A stretch of DNA of 63,962 nucleotides, filler included, from Reclinomonas americana ATCC 50394 (Eukaryota): NCBI GenBank assembly GCA_048213135.1. It is 4 parts of 2 records of this genome, joined end to end, with 100 filler letters (N's around TTAATTAATTAA, not from the genome) between each part and the next. Parts side by side here need not be neighbours in the genome. Positions count along the whole stretch, not along the records: positions 1 to 25,672 come from PS015095.1; 3 more parts are not named here. The stretch is one strand, 5' to 3'. Both the position numbers and the translations under genes were made by a program. The notes beneath the pieces were generated by a model. That model was given only the letters and a program-made list of their open reading frames with translations. It ran no database searches and was not told where the DNA came from. This document shows, piece by piece, positions 11,654-24,578 of this stretch; the first letter of the stretch is position 1; each line of letters begins with the position of its first letter.

Positions 11654-13164
11654 ATGAGCACGCGGGTAGCTCGCGACCTGCGACCTCCGCGCGACACGCG
11701 ATACTCTCGCAGCTCGTCGCCCACTGTGCGGTTCGTCTACTCTCTCTCTTTCTCCGCCTCTCTTTTCTTTGCTCACTGTCACACACAGACTGTCATGGCT
11801 GGGCACCGATCGCCTGCGCGTCCGTGTTCCACCCGCCGCACACAACGCACTGTGCGAGACTGTGTTCCTCCGCCACTTTTCGTCGCTGGCCGACGAGCGT
11901 GACTTGGGTTGCGTCAACACTCCCCCCCCCTCCTCTCTCTCACTGAACCTCCCCCTTATGCCCTTCCCTTTTCTCCAGCTCGTCGCGTGGTTGACGACGC
12001 GCCACCAGCTCCGCCCGGTTTCACCTCGTTATTGCGCAGCATGGACCAAAAGGGCGCGTTGACATTGGATGGCGACGACGACCTCTCTCTCACCACTCCA
12101 TCCAAGCACAACACGGGACGCGTGACACAACCCTCACGCAAGTTTGCACGCGAGCCAGCAGTGCGTGCACTGGCGGGCAGTCCTGTTGGTGGAGGCGGAG
12201 GTGGCGGAGGTCACCTGCAGCCACCCTCGGCCACGCGTACGAACCGGAGTGGAGCCACGACACGCACCTCGAGTTTTGCTGGGGGGATGAGTGGGCGAGT
12301 GGAGCTGTCGGCACCTGCATCGCAACGCACGGTCTCGGAGGGCGGCGAGGGCATGATGCTGGCGGTGGAGTCGGAGTTGGATGGAGGCGAGCCGGGTCAC
12401 AGTCGCTCACCGTCGTCGCTGGTCGGCACCATGTCGACCTTTACCTCGCCGCAGGAAGGCAAGCCATTGCAGGTGATTTGTGGTGGAGAGTTAGATCGAG
12501 AGACGCATGCATTTTCCTTATTGTTGGGGAGCAGGAGGATTTTGTGTCGTCGGCCACCAAACTGCTCAGCCTGTCGCGTGCACGTCGGTCGTTGGAGCGA
12601 CACGAGAAGCAGTTGGAGGACGACTACTTTACGCGCTCGCTCGCTCGTCGACCGGCTGCGTTCCGAACCGCCGTTTCCGTCCCGAGTCGCCAGTCGCGTT
12701 TCGTGACGCTCTCCGGCGAACGAGTGGTCAGCCTGAACGAGGCCTCGCGTGCACTGGAGGCCCTGCACTTGCGCCAATCGGTGCAGCAGCGTGCCAAGTC
12801 ACCCGTTGCGTGGTCTGGTCACTCACTTTCTCTCCCCGAGCGCGCTTCTCAATTGCTTCGTCGTGTCGTGCAGCAACCACCGGTCGAGGAAACCGACGAC
12901 AAGCCGGCCTTGAACAAGCGCCCTCCGTTCCGCGTGGCCGTGCGCACCCGCTGGTCACCCACCGAAGCGCCCTTTGTCAATTGGCGCGACGAGTGGCGCG
13001 ACACCGACGATCCCATCCGCGACCGAAACCGCACGCCGTCACCGGTATTCGCCCGCGGTTCACAATTCTCACCCGTGGCGCGCGTCTCCCGCACCTCTGG
13101 CGGCGAGCTAGCCAAGACCTTCACCGATCCCTCCACTCCACTCGAACTCGGCAGCAGCTTGTGA
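11654..13164 (+). CDS. hypothetical low-complexity (S/P/R/G-rich) protein (4 exons)
   Basis: Three phase-consistent introns link ORF segments 11642, 11769, 11909 and 12478. No family recognised. Confidence 0.55.
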
Positions 13165-13230
13165 GCACAGACGCACCGGTGAAAACACGAACAGACCAAT
13201 CCACTGTACGCTTTTCTTTCGTTTTCCCCA

Positions 13231-15364
13231 ATGAGCGCACGCGCTGTATCCGCGGTTGCACCCTCGACATACATTGCGAATGATGCCACGGAGCTCGTCG
13301 GCAACACGCCTATGGTGTACCTCAACCGCCTCACCGCTGGTGCAGTGGCCAAGGTCGCCTGCAAGATGGAAAGCATGGAAGTTGTGTCCATGCATGCATT
13401 ATGCAAGAGTCACTGTGTGCTGCAGTGCACTCACACATGCTCTCCCTCATGTCTCTCTCTCGCTGTGCCCACACACACACAGCCGTGTTCATCGGTGAAA
13501 GGTGTGCATCTCTCTCTTCAATCTCTCTCTCTCTCTTTCTCTCGTCTCTCTCTGTTTGTGTGTGGTGACATGCACTGCAGATCGCACTGCAAAGAACATG
13601 GTGGACGAGGCAGAGCGTGCAGGCTTGATCACTCGCGGGAAAACGACTCTTGTGGAGCCGACATCGGGGTGCGGAAGAAAACTTCTCACTCTCTCTCATT
13701 TCTCTCTCTCACACACACACACTCTCCCTCTTCTCTCTCTGTGTGTGTCTGCAGCAACACGGGCATTGGGCTTGCCTTTGGTTGCGTTGTGTGTGTCTGT
13801 GCTATGAGTCAATGCATTGCCTCGACCCCGGTTAATAATGCGTCGGATCTTCGTTTCTTTCCGCACAGTGGCCGCCGCTCGGGGATACAAGCTGATCGTC
13901 AGTGCGTCCACACTCGTTCGCCCTCTTGTGAGCGATGCGCTGACTCATTGCATGTGCAGCGATGCCGCAGAGTGTGGCGCTGGAGAAGCGCATGCTGCTG
14001 CGTGCGTTCGGAGCCGAGGTTGTACTCACTCGTTGCGTGCGCAATAGGAGGTGCAGGTGGAGAAGGTGGGGAGATCGCTGACTGTGTGGCCAGCTAACGA
14101 GTACGGCATGCGAGGGTCGCTGGCCAAGGCCGAGGAGATACTCCGCTCCACGCTAGATGCGTTCATGCCGCAGCAGTTCCGGAATCCAGTGCGTTTTGTT
14201 TCTCCAACGCTGTTGTTGTTGTGTGGCCGTTGCTGTGCTGTGCTCACTGATGGTGGCTGCAGGCGAATCCTGGTGCTCACGAGACCACCACTGGCCCAGA
14301 GGTGCGTGTGAATGGCTCCGATTGCACTTCTGCTGTTCTGTTTCTCACGGCTCTCCTCCTCTTTCGCAGATCTGGGAGCAAACGGAGGTGAGCGTAGCGG
14401 CCTGTGGCAGTGTACACCTTTGCTCTCAACTGACGTGTGTCTTGCACAGGGCAAGATCGACATTTTCGTGTCAGCAGTCGGCACTGGCGGCACGGTCAGT
14501 GGCGTCGGCGGCTTCCTCAAGAAACAGAACCCCGACATTCGTGTCATTGGCGTGGAACCGAGCGAGAGTGCGGTGCTCAGCGGTACGTCGTGTTGCAGTT
14601 GCTCATGCTCGAGCTTGCATCTCATCATTGGAGCAGGCAAGCCTCCCGGCAAGCATTTCATCGAGGGCATTGGTACGCTCACTGGTGCACTGACTCACTC
14701 GCGAGAGCGTGCATCGTCTTTGACATTGTGGGCACAGGCGCCGGATTCATTCCCGACGTGTACGACGCCGACGTGGTGGACGAGATCATGACGTGCAGCT
14801 CGGAAGATGGTGTGCTTACTCTCGTTTACCCTCTCCACCTCTCATCCCCTTGTTCATCTTCCTCTTCTTCCTTCTCTTTTTGCCGCAGCCATGCAAGTGT
14901 CTCGCCGAATGGCCAAGGAGGAGGGCTTGTTCGTGGGTATTTCAGCAGGCGCTGCGGTCTGTTACTTCCTCCCCTCCTCTCTCTCTCTCCCATTCAGTGG
15001 CACACTCGGCTGAGACTGGTCGGTCGCTGCAGGTGAAGTGCGCGATCGAGGTGGCGAATCGACCGGAGAACGCCGGAAAGCTGATCTGCTGCATTGTGCC
15101 GTCGTTTGGCGAGCGATGTTGCGCGCATGCCTCTCTGTCCATTGCCCCGCGCGCCGCCATTCTCTCACCAACACGCGCAACCCCTTCACAGATCTCAGCA
15201 CGATCATGTACCGTTCATTGCGAGAAGAGGTCCGTGTGTTTTCATGTTGTCCCTCCCAGGTCCGTCGACAAAGAGACTCACACCTTGTCGATCGATTATC
15301 CTTCGTGGTGTGGCAGTGCCTAAACATGCCGGTGGCCGAGATTCGACCCACCGCCATGTTGTAA
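13231..15364 (+). CDS. cysK: cysteine synthase / O-acetylserine(thiol)lyase, CysK type (16 exons)
   Basis: Spliced motifs: [23 protein letters not shown] (PLP Lys), [76 protein letters not shown]. Confidence 0.96.
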
Positions 15365-15410
15365 AGCGGCGGCGTGCATAAAACACAATCGCTTGTTTCG
15401 CACACACACA

Positions 15411-15996
15411 TCATCCCTTCCGCCTCAGCTTCTCCAGGTACTGCTGATGGTAATCCTCCGCCAACCTGTGCACATGTTGGCAACAGGAGGGAGGCCGACG
15501 GAAGCCTCACACAAACAGACGCACCAATACGATGTGAACGATTCGATAAATGTCCGCACCGTCTCCCCGCGCGCTCGTCGCAGCGCAATCACATCCTGCG
15601 CCATTGTGCGCTGCTCGTCACTGGTGACAAACACGGACGAGCTTTTTCACAAGCCACACAGTCAGCCACAAGGCATCATGCATGATCTGCGCATGTGGCG
15701 TTGCGAACATACCGGTACTGACTGTCGGGTGCGTGCCACCGCGAGGGGTCGTGTCCCTCCAGAAACTTATCCACGAGCTCCACAAACGAGATGCGCGCCG
15801 GGTCAAACTCCACTCGCACAGTCTCCGCATGCCCCGTGTCGCCCTCACACACCTTGCACATATGCAATGAGATCAACCGCCAAAACAATCATCAATCACT
15901 GTCTCGCAGACGAGACACACAGACACGCACCTGTCTGTAGGTGGGATGCTCGAGGTGCCCACCAGCATAGCCAACACTCGTCTCCAACACACCATG
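15411..15996 (-). CDS. msrA: peptide methionine sulfoxide reductase MsrA (5' end in gap)
   Basis: GVLETSVGYAGG...[23 protein letters not shown]...HDP...QYRSSVF...WLAEDYHQQYLEK are diagnostic MsrA motifs. The GCFWG motif would lie in the gap. Confidence 0.93.
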
Positions 15997-16343
15997 NNNN
16001 NNNNNNNNNNNNNNNNNNNNNNNNNNNNNNNNNNNNNNNNNNNNNNNNNNNNNNNNNNNNNNNNNNNNNNNNNNNNNNNNNNNNNNNNNNNNNNNNNNNN
16101 NNNNNNNNNNNNNNNNNNNNNNNNNNNNNNNNNNNNNNNNNNNNNNNNNNNNNNNNNNNNNNNNNNNNNNNNNNNNNNNNNNNNNNNNNNNNNNNNNNNN
16201 NNNNNNNNNNNNNNNNNNNNNNNNNNNNNNNNNNNNNNNNNNNNNNNNNNNNNNNNNNNNNNNNNNNNNNNNNNNNNNNNNNNNNNNNNNNNNNNNNNNN
16301 NNNNNNNNNNNNNNNNNNNNNNNNNNNNNNGTACCACAGACGA

Positions 16344-16383
<40 letters not shown>

Positions 16384-16496
16384 GCAGTGCTCCGTCTCTG
16401 TTGCATACACTGTTGCCTTCCTCGCTTGCTTGTGCTTCTTCTTTCCACTCTCTGCGACGTTCATTGTTGTCCTCTTCCCTATCTCTTCCGTCTCAA

Positions 16497-19253
16497 ATGC
16501 CCGCGATCGAGTACAGTGGCAAAGACTGCATTGCGTGGCTGCGCAGTGTTCTCGTGCCTGCGTCGTCCTCCTCCGCACGAGCACATGTGCGCTTCGACTC
16601 GGTGCATGTGACACTGTGGCAGGCGCTGCAGGATACCATTGCCACACATCGCGAGTGTCTTCCGTTCTTTGCCGAGCACAGACGGTGACTCTCTCGCTCT
16701 CTCTCATAGATAGTGAGAGTTGTGCATACACTGATTCATCTCTCTCTGTGTGTAATCAGTGGTGACAGTCGTCGTCTGTTGCGCGTGGAGGCTGTGTATG
16801 GCTACGAGGGCGATCTCGATGAGGAGATGGAGGAACGCGATCCGGTCGATGAGACTGAGCGATGGCGTTCCTGTTGCGTGTCTGCTGTACACACAACTCG
16901 TCCTCCTTGCGTCTTGACTGAGTGTGTCTGTAGACCTCATGTGGTACGAGTTGCCTGTGCGTTTCGGGGCTCGGGCAGTCATTGTCAAGCCGAACCGTGA
17001 ACCCGTGCAGCCGTTCACGCGTGACGAGGTGCTTTGCGTGCGTGTGTGTATATGTGCATGTATGGGTCAATGCTGAAGTGATGTGATGCAAAAAAAGGTG
17101 AACTTGGTGGACGTGTTTCCGGTGGACTCGGCGACTGCTGGCGACAAGTTGGCTGCTGTGCGGCGTTTGGCGCTGGTTATTGCCTCGGTCAGGCTGTTCT
17201 ACCATGAGTTGTGGGCTCCGTGGGGTGCGTGTTCGCCTGGCATCGTCCGTTGTTGGCTTTCCTCCCCTCACAAACCGCCTTGTAGTGGCGTGCTACGCGG
17301 AACCAGAGTCGTCGTTCATGGAGGCATTCAATGCATCGGTGCAACACTATGAGGGTATCATGAGGTGCTCGGTGGACGTGCAGAGATGTTGGCGCACGGT
17401 GCGTGGATGGCGAACAGGTCGCAGCATGGCCACTGCCCTCGCTCTGTCCATGTGCATTCGGCAGCGGCTGGCGCGCTACCGACAGCGTGTGGGTGACCCC
17501 ACCGGTGCGTCCCGCTGGTTTTGGATTGCACGCGCGCATTCTCTCATACTTGCGGTCACAGCGTATGCCGACGATGAGGACGACTATGAGGAAGACGATG
17601 ATGCTGTTGATGACGGTGAGGAGGAGGCCGAGGATATGGAAACGGACGAAGATGGGGAGGAAGAGGAGGCGGGAGGCAGTGGCAGTCGGAAAGCGCCACA
17701 CAAATCACGCGACTCGGCACGGGCGCTGGAGATGGGGCGGCGAATGTACGAAACTGTGACGCAACTGCGCTCCTGTTTCTACGGGCAGGCGGTGCCGAGT
17801 TGCGTGCATTGCCGCATGCTCATTTTGCGCGGACGTCTTTCCTGACTCCACCGTGCAGTTGATTTCTCCGCATTCAGTGTGACCGACTTGCGTTTCGAGG
17901 AGGCCGTGTGTCGTGCCGAGGTTGTCGCTCACGATGGCGCACTCCGCGAGTTGTTCGAGTTGCCGGGCGAGCTGAGACTTGCTCTGCTGCACAAATTTGT
18001 TGGTGCGCTCGCCTCTCCCGCTCTTGCCTACCTTGCCTCGTGCTGCTCTGAAGTCGACCGCCACACACACGTGCACAGACTCGGTGGTTCACGTGGCTGG
18101 CGAGTCCAGTGCCAGTGGAGCTGGTGGTCGGATTTTTGTAGTGCAGCCGGCCAGCGAGGCAGCGCCAGGACGCAGTGAACTCGACGCTGCGCTGGAGGCG
18201 TACGGACTGCCGGGTGTCGACAAGATGGATGGTGTCCTCACAGCCCCGTCACTGAAAGAGGCGTCGAGCGAGTGGCGTCCGCACGACGTTGTGCTTGTTC
18301 GGCAAGGTTTGTCTTGAACATCGTCGCCCTCTGTTTCTCCTTCACGTCGCCGCTAAACATACCGCGAACAGACGACTCGCGCCACGAGTTGGTCATGATT
18401 GCATGCACGCTCTTTGTGGGCTCCTTCAACCCGGCAGAGCAAGTGCCCGTGAGCAGCCGATTCCACATTGTCGGCGGCAGTGAGGCGGTCGTCACGCTCC
18501 GCAATCTGGTGCTCACCGACGCAATGGCCCCGCGCAAGCCGCCAAAGGACGCCGCCAAGACGTGGGTACTTGCGCGTGATGCCTCGCGCGTTCTCGTAGA
18601 GAACTGTACGCTGGATGGTTTGCAGCACGGCGCGCAGGTCAGTGTGATGTGTGTGTTCGAGTCGACACAACTGAACATACCATTCACTTGCGTCGTCGCA
18701 GGTGCGCGGCATCGGCTCGTCGCTGACCGTTCGCCGCTGCACGATTCGCGGTTCGCGCGATGCAGGCGTTCTGGTCGACTCCGAGTACGAAGAGTGCCCG
18801 CAGTTGGCGCTCGAGCGGCAGCTGCTGCCGGATGCCGCCACGTGGGAGGTGCGCTTGGAGGACTCACTAATCAGTGGATGTTCGCGACGCGAGTCGCGCG
18901 GCGGACTGGCCATCATGCAGCGCCACTGCAGTCGATTGGTGAGTGTCATTCATTTTGCTCTGATGACTGTACCTACTTATACACATTCCCCGAAGGTGCT
19001 GCGAGTGGTGCTTGATCGGGCGCGTTTCGACAACAACGGAACGCAGCGTGGCCGCAAGCCCTCTGGGCAGATTACGATTTTCAAGTCGGACGATGTCACC
19101 GAATTCTTCCGCACTGCTGACCCGTGGAGCGGCATGCAGCTGGAGTTGGTCGACAATGATAGACAGTTGCGCAAGCTGCTGCGCAAGCCCTCTCCTCTGT
19201 TGCGCGTATATAGAGAAGACGACGATGACGGCCCCTCGGCAAGTAGCGAATAG
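16497..19253 (+). CDS. SHCBP1/Nessun dorma-like protein with C-terminal right-handed beta-helix, multi-exon
   Basis: VNLVDVFPV...LALVIASVRLFYHELWAPW and CIRQRLARY resemble SHCBP1 (ALEHVRFFY..IWR.W; C.E.RL). The C-terminal PbH-like repeats read VTLRNLVL, VLVENCTLDG and LTVRRCTIRG. Confidence 0.55.
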
Positions 19254-19325
19254 AAAACACACCCGACATAGAGGGTTTAGAAATACACATCCTTTTGGTT
19301 TTCAATCATGAGTGTGTGCGTTTTT

Positions 19326-22300
19326 TCAGTCCGCCACTGACGACTCTGACGACGGCGGTGGTGGCGATGTTGACGACGGTATGCTCGCCAGAAGGGCACG
19401 GTTAGTGTCTAGGAGTGCGCACGCATTGGCGTTGAGTTGACGAGTGCTTGGTGATTTTCGACGGACGAGAAGAACTCACCATTCTTGGAGAGAGCATTGA
19501 TGCAGAGGGCGGCGAGTTTCTTCACATGAGGCGATCCGCTCTCGAGTAGCTTGACAATGACAGGCAGGCCTCCCAGCTCACCTGCACGCAACTGTGATGA
19601 ATTCTTGCCACAAGAGACAGAAAAAGCACCAGCACACGAACCGACTCGTCTGCCGGCGGTGGGATCAGTGGCAAGCCGCTTGATGCACACCAGCGCCTCA
19701 CGAGCCACACCCTCGTGCGGGTCGTGAAGCAGCGTGAGCACCACGCCAATGCGGTCCTGTTCGATAAACCACTCCACCACGGACGACACGTTGAGGCAGT
19801 GGCCGGCAATGGCACACGCATTCTCACGGACAAACTCGTTGGCCATCTCGCTCCGCATGAGACTGAGGGTCGGTGGCAACGCCGACAGTGCAACCAGCAA
19901 GTGCCGATTCTCCTCTGTGCTGACAGAGTCAGACAATGACATGCACTCGTTCAAGCACACGTGCGCACGCACCATCAGCGGCGAGGCACATGAGGGCGCC
20001 GGTGACATTCTCCAGCACAGACTGTCGGGCCGCCAGCACCTCCGGATCACCGGTCGACGCCGACGAGCTGTTGAGGCTGGCGTTGCTCATGGCCTTCAGC
20101 GAACTGGTGCGCAGATGACTGGCAGAGTCGGGCGTGGCCGAAGCGCTGTTGCTGCGTCCGCGACCATCCGCACTGCTCACACCGTTGCCGTTTCCGTGGC
20201 CAAACTCCTCTTCCGTCAACAACGACACAGTTTCCGACTCCAGCAGCGACACTAGCACTTCTGCGGCACCACCAGCGCGCAGTTGTGGTTGATTCTCACC
20301 TATTGTGACAGAAACCGAAAAAGGACGAACTTGAGCATGTGCAGAAGACGAGTGGAATGCACACATCTCTGCACGCAACTGAGACGTGCACAACTCCACA
20401 GAATGGCCGCGGCGTAGTCCACTGCGGCATACGTCTGCACTGGCGGCGCTGTGGACGACAATGCGACACCAATGCCATCTGTGCTGCCGGGTCGCGACGG
20501 CGACCGGTTGTTGTGTCTTCGCAGCACGTCAATCACCACCGGAATGCCGTTGTGCGCGACAAACTGGCGACAATTTTCATCTGTGCGCAGGTGTGAGCAC
20601 GACGAGAGCGGCGAAACGAAGAAGACACACCAAAGCAAGACCTTCGGAGCAGCAGTTTCGCAGCGTGCCCAGCACCTTGTCGTTCGTCGCACGCTGTGCC
20701 AGCACGTCGAGGAGAATGCGAACACCACCGGCAGCTCCGATCGGCAAGCGGTTCTCCTGCGCAATCGACACCATCCACAAGATGCCGACCAGCTTCTCCA
20801 CAAAGCCTGCAGGCGCCGACTTGCCCTCTGCTTGCAATAATCGGCACACCACATCAATGCTGCACACATCACGCGATTCTTCGTCAACAACCTACACATC
20901 GTATAAAAAGCAATGGCACGCAAACAGACCCGCCGACTTGCTGAAACGCCGCCTTGTTTGTGTCGTTGATGACACAGTTGCGCAACGCACCGGCCGCATT
21001 CTCACGCGCATTCCACGAGGTTCCATACTCAACCACATGCAAGAGCGGGGCGAGGCCTTGTGCCTTGCGAATGGCGATGCGGTTTTCACCGACTGATGCA
21101 CAATTCCACAGAATGCCAGACACGTTTTCCAGCAGCGGCACATTGTCGGTGTGCAGCAGACCCACCAACACGGGGATGGCACCGAGTTCTCTGGAGATAC
21201 GCCGTCATGGTGAGAAACACGAATGTGGAGGCCAACAACAAAAAAGAAGGAGTGCATGCACACACCGAACGAGTTGCTTGTTTGGATTGTCGACGACCAA
21301 GTTCCACAACGCACCGGTAACATTCTCGAGAAGTGCAGGATCGCTGTGGGTGGCGCACACGTTGGAATGGCGTCGACAAAGGGGAGAGAGCAGAGTGAGT
21401 TAACGCAACGACGATTGACTCAGCAACGCCAGCAACGCATGCAGGCCGCCCACATCGCGAATGGTGATGCGATTCTCCGGCACCGAAGCACAGTTCCACA
21501 GCGCAGCCGCTGCCTTGCTGACCACACTGGGCGAGAGAGGCTCCGACACTCGCGGACCACGACCGTCCTCGTCCGGATCCAAGCCGAGAATGGCCGTGGT
21601 CAGCACGCCCACCAACGCCGACAGGCCGCCGTTCTCTCGCAGCACCACCTACGCCGACAACCATTGAGCATTTTTGAGTCGCGTCAGAGGTCGCAACCTT
21701 CCCCTCCCCACATACCACACACACATACACACACACCTTATTAGTGTCGTTTCGCGAAAGGTAGCCGAGCGCAATGGTGGCATTCTCGACGACATCCTCG
21801 GACTTGGAGTTCACGCAGCGCACCAAAATATCGAGGCCGCCCATCTCCCGCACAGCGTCCTGCATCGCGTCCACGAAACGTGAACAGGAGGAGGGGAGGG
21901 GCATGTGGCGAGGATACATACACGTACTGACCATGTTCTCCGGCAGTGAGCAGAGATTCCACAGCGCGGCCAGACACTTCTCTTGCACCATGGTATTGGA
22001 CGATCGTGCACCCGTCAGTAATGGTGCCACAGCACCCGCCTGTGAACAGTGCTGCTTGGCAGTCGTCGAGTCGCACAGATCACCCAGCACATGTGCGGCT
22101 GTCAATGCCTTCAGTGAGCTCTCGGCAACTCATGACAAACGAGGAGGTGTGCAGACAGACCCTCAATCTTGACATCGTCGTTGATCGAGTGCAGCAGACG
22201 CACCAGACGCGCGATAAACGAACCCGTTGGCGCCGCACCAACGCCGTCACCACCTTGCATCGTCGCGGTCTCACTTGTCGCCTGCTCCTCGCGCACCCAG

Positions 22301-24110
22301 AAGAATCGTCTCAACTCGGCATTGCGCAGCAGTTGCCGCAGCACGCTCAACAGCATGTGCTGCGTGTCGGGACGGCTGGCGGCCAGCATGCTGAGAACAC
22401 TGCTGACGGCGTGCTGCCATAGAATCAGCGGATCGCATGCCAGCAGCGCACTGCCCTTGAGTTGCGTCGGCGGCGACGAGGATTGCACACTCGCCGAAGA
22501 CGACAGCGTCACATTGGCCAAATCCGACAACACCACCATGCGGTACAGGTAGCCGAGAGCCTCCGCCACCAGCACCGTGTCGACAGAGCGGTGGTTCTCC
22601 GCCAGCCAAAACAGCTCACTCAGTCTGTCAAGCGGGAGGGGTGGTGAGCAAGGTGCATGGGTGGTGATTGTGGCCACACGCACCTGATCTGCCACTGAAT
22701 CGACTCGTCGCCCAGGCATTGCACGTGGTCGCGAATCTCCTCCGACGATAACCGCTTGTTGAGAAACGACAGAAACTCTTCGACATGTCTCAACGACGAC
22801 CGCTGCGCACACGCTGCGTCGTCACGACTCCAATTTCTTCCACCAGGCACGGATCAAAAAAAGCGCAACTCGTGTCTCCAGCTCCCGCAGCTGCTGTCGC
22901 ATGCCCTCCAGCTCCTTCTCTAACCTCGTCACCGCATGCCGCGTGACGTCCACTGCACCGCAGCGTGTCAACACACCACGCGCATGCCACAATACAACTC
23001 GGCACACGCAACACGTCTGATCCAGTTCCCTCGCCTTGCCCTGCACACTCTGCGCACACCGCGCCGCCGCCGCCGCCACCGACTGCTCACCACCGCCCGT
23101 CCACTCACTCTCAATCACACGCAACATGCTGCGACGACGACGAACGAACAACACACCAATGAGTGAGCCCGGGCCCGCGCTGGCTAATCTCTCAACACCA
23201 CCAACGCAACGAAACCAGCGGCCACTGCGTGCCCTCATCATCCTCACCCAGTCGCAACACACTTGCCGCCGCCGCAGCAGCCGCAGCACTGCCCGCTGCC
23301 GCACTTGTCACGCTGCCTCCCGATGACGACGACTTTCGTCGCTGCGAATGCACCGCCTGTGCGGCCTCACTGTTCGCCACGATCAACGCAGTCGCGTGCT
23401 CCCACAGCAAGCTCAGCAAGTACTGTCGCACTGTGTGTGTGCGCGCGCGTGAGAGAGTGTGAGCGTGTGCAAACCATGGCGCGCGCGTGTGTGTGTATGT
23501 AACAACGACCCGTGCACGCAACATGCAGCAGTGGCAGCCGACGGCGATGACTGCCCAGTCGTTGACTCGGGTGGCTCGCTCATCTCTCTCCCCTTCAACC
23601 AACGCAATATCGACGGTCCACTCACTCGGCCAACGACAGTGTGCGCGCGCGTGAGGGAGATAAGAGAGGCAGCGGAGGCGAATGAGCGCAGGCCCGCTGC
23701 GTGTGATCACCCATGGCGGTGGCGCATCGTCCTCTCTATCCACCTCCTCCTCCTCATCATCGTCCGCATCATCGCCACTGCCTCTGTCGCTCTTCCCCAA
23801 TGGCAACAGTCACGCTGCTTCCGCTGCTGCGGGCGGTGCGGGTGGTGCCAGTGGTGGCCCACTCTCTCCACGCCCAGTGATCAACGGCGGCAGTGCGTTT
23901 CTGGTGACGAGTGCAGCTGCAGCAGTCGGCCCGAAAGATCATCCTCATCATCATCATCTTGCCATGTATTCGTCGCTGCCACCTCCTCCTCCACCGCCCA
24001 CGCCACCAGTCGCCTTTGGTGGGAATGGCGGTGGCAATGGAGGAGTGACAGAGACGCCGTTTGGGGGAACGCCGGCTGAGCGCGAGGACACGGACGATGC
24101 CGATGAGGTG
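19326..24110 (-). CDS. large armadillo-repeat protein (ARMC4/Vac8-like), many exons, 5' end uncertain
   Basis: Repeated ARM units: EKCLAALWNLC..PEN, ENATIALGYLS, KAAAALWNCAS.PENR, ENVTGALWNL, ENVSGILWNCAS, ENAAGALRNC. Introns are phase-consistent and the stop is at 19326. Confidence 0.85.
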
Positions 24111-24578
24111 AGTGGAGACCATGGCACGCACGCGCTCTCCACACTCTCCCCTCNNNNNNNNNNNNNNNNNNNNNNNNNNNNNNNNNNNNNNNNNNNNNNN
24201 NNNNNNNNNNNNNNNNNNNNNNNNNNNNNNNNNNNNNNNNNNNNNNNNNNNNNNNNNNNNNNNNNNNNNNNNNNNNNNNNNNNNNNNNNNNNNNNNNNNN
24301 NNNNNNNNNNNNNNNNNNNNNNNNNNNNNNNNNNNNNNNNNNNNNNNNNNNNNNNNNNNNNNNNNNNGGGCGCGCGGACTACAACAGTTTCCCGCGGCCG
24401 CTGACTACGGACGGCGTTCTTGGTCAGTTGTGGTTGCGTGCTGTACCTCTCAAAGAGAGAGCACCAACAGACTCCTTCTTGTCGCTTAGCAATGCTGGAC
24501 GAAGACGGAGAGGATTACTGTTGCAGAGCAATACTGTTGCTTCCCCCATCTTGCGATACAAACAATGCAGTATTATTA

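Noticed and set aside
15118-15191. Alternative reading of GTTGCG introns as non-GT introns starting TTGCG after an exonic G
   Set aside because: That junction gives ERCLS instead of the conserved ERYLS and loses the AG end. The GT-AG reading restores conserved residues.
2978-15996. Apparent sulfur/redox cluster (IscU, CysK, MsrA)
   Set aside because: The genes are interspersed with unrelated ones, on different strands, with no shared motif seen. Chance is sufficient.
23120-23125. GTTGCG on the - strand as another shifted donor (similar cases at about 19590 and 20985)
   Set aside because: Phase analysis places it inside an exon (SMLRV). The others are exonic or next to an acceptor. All were excluded from the count of 38.
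23682-24150. + strand S/G/P-rich ORF as a separate gene
   Set aside because: It is low-complexity and antisense to plausible acidic exons of the - strand ARM gene. It cannot be supported independently, although the strand here is not fully resolved.
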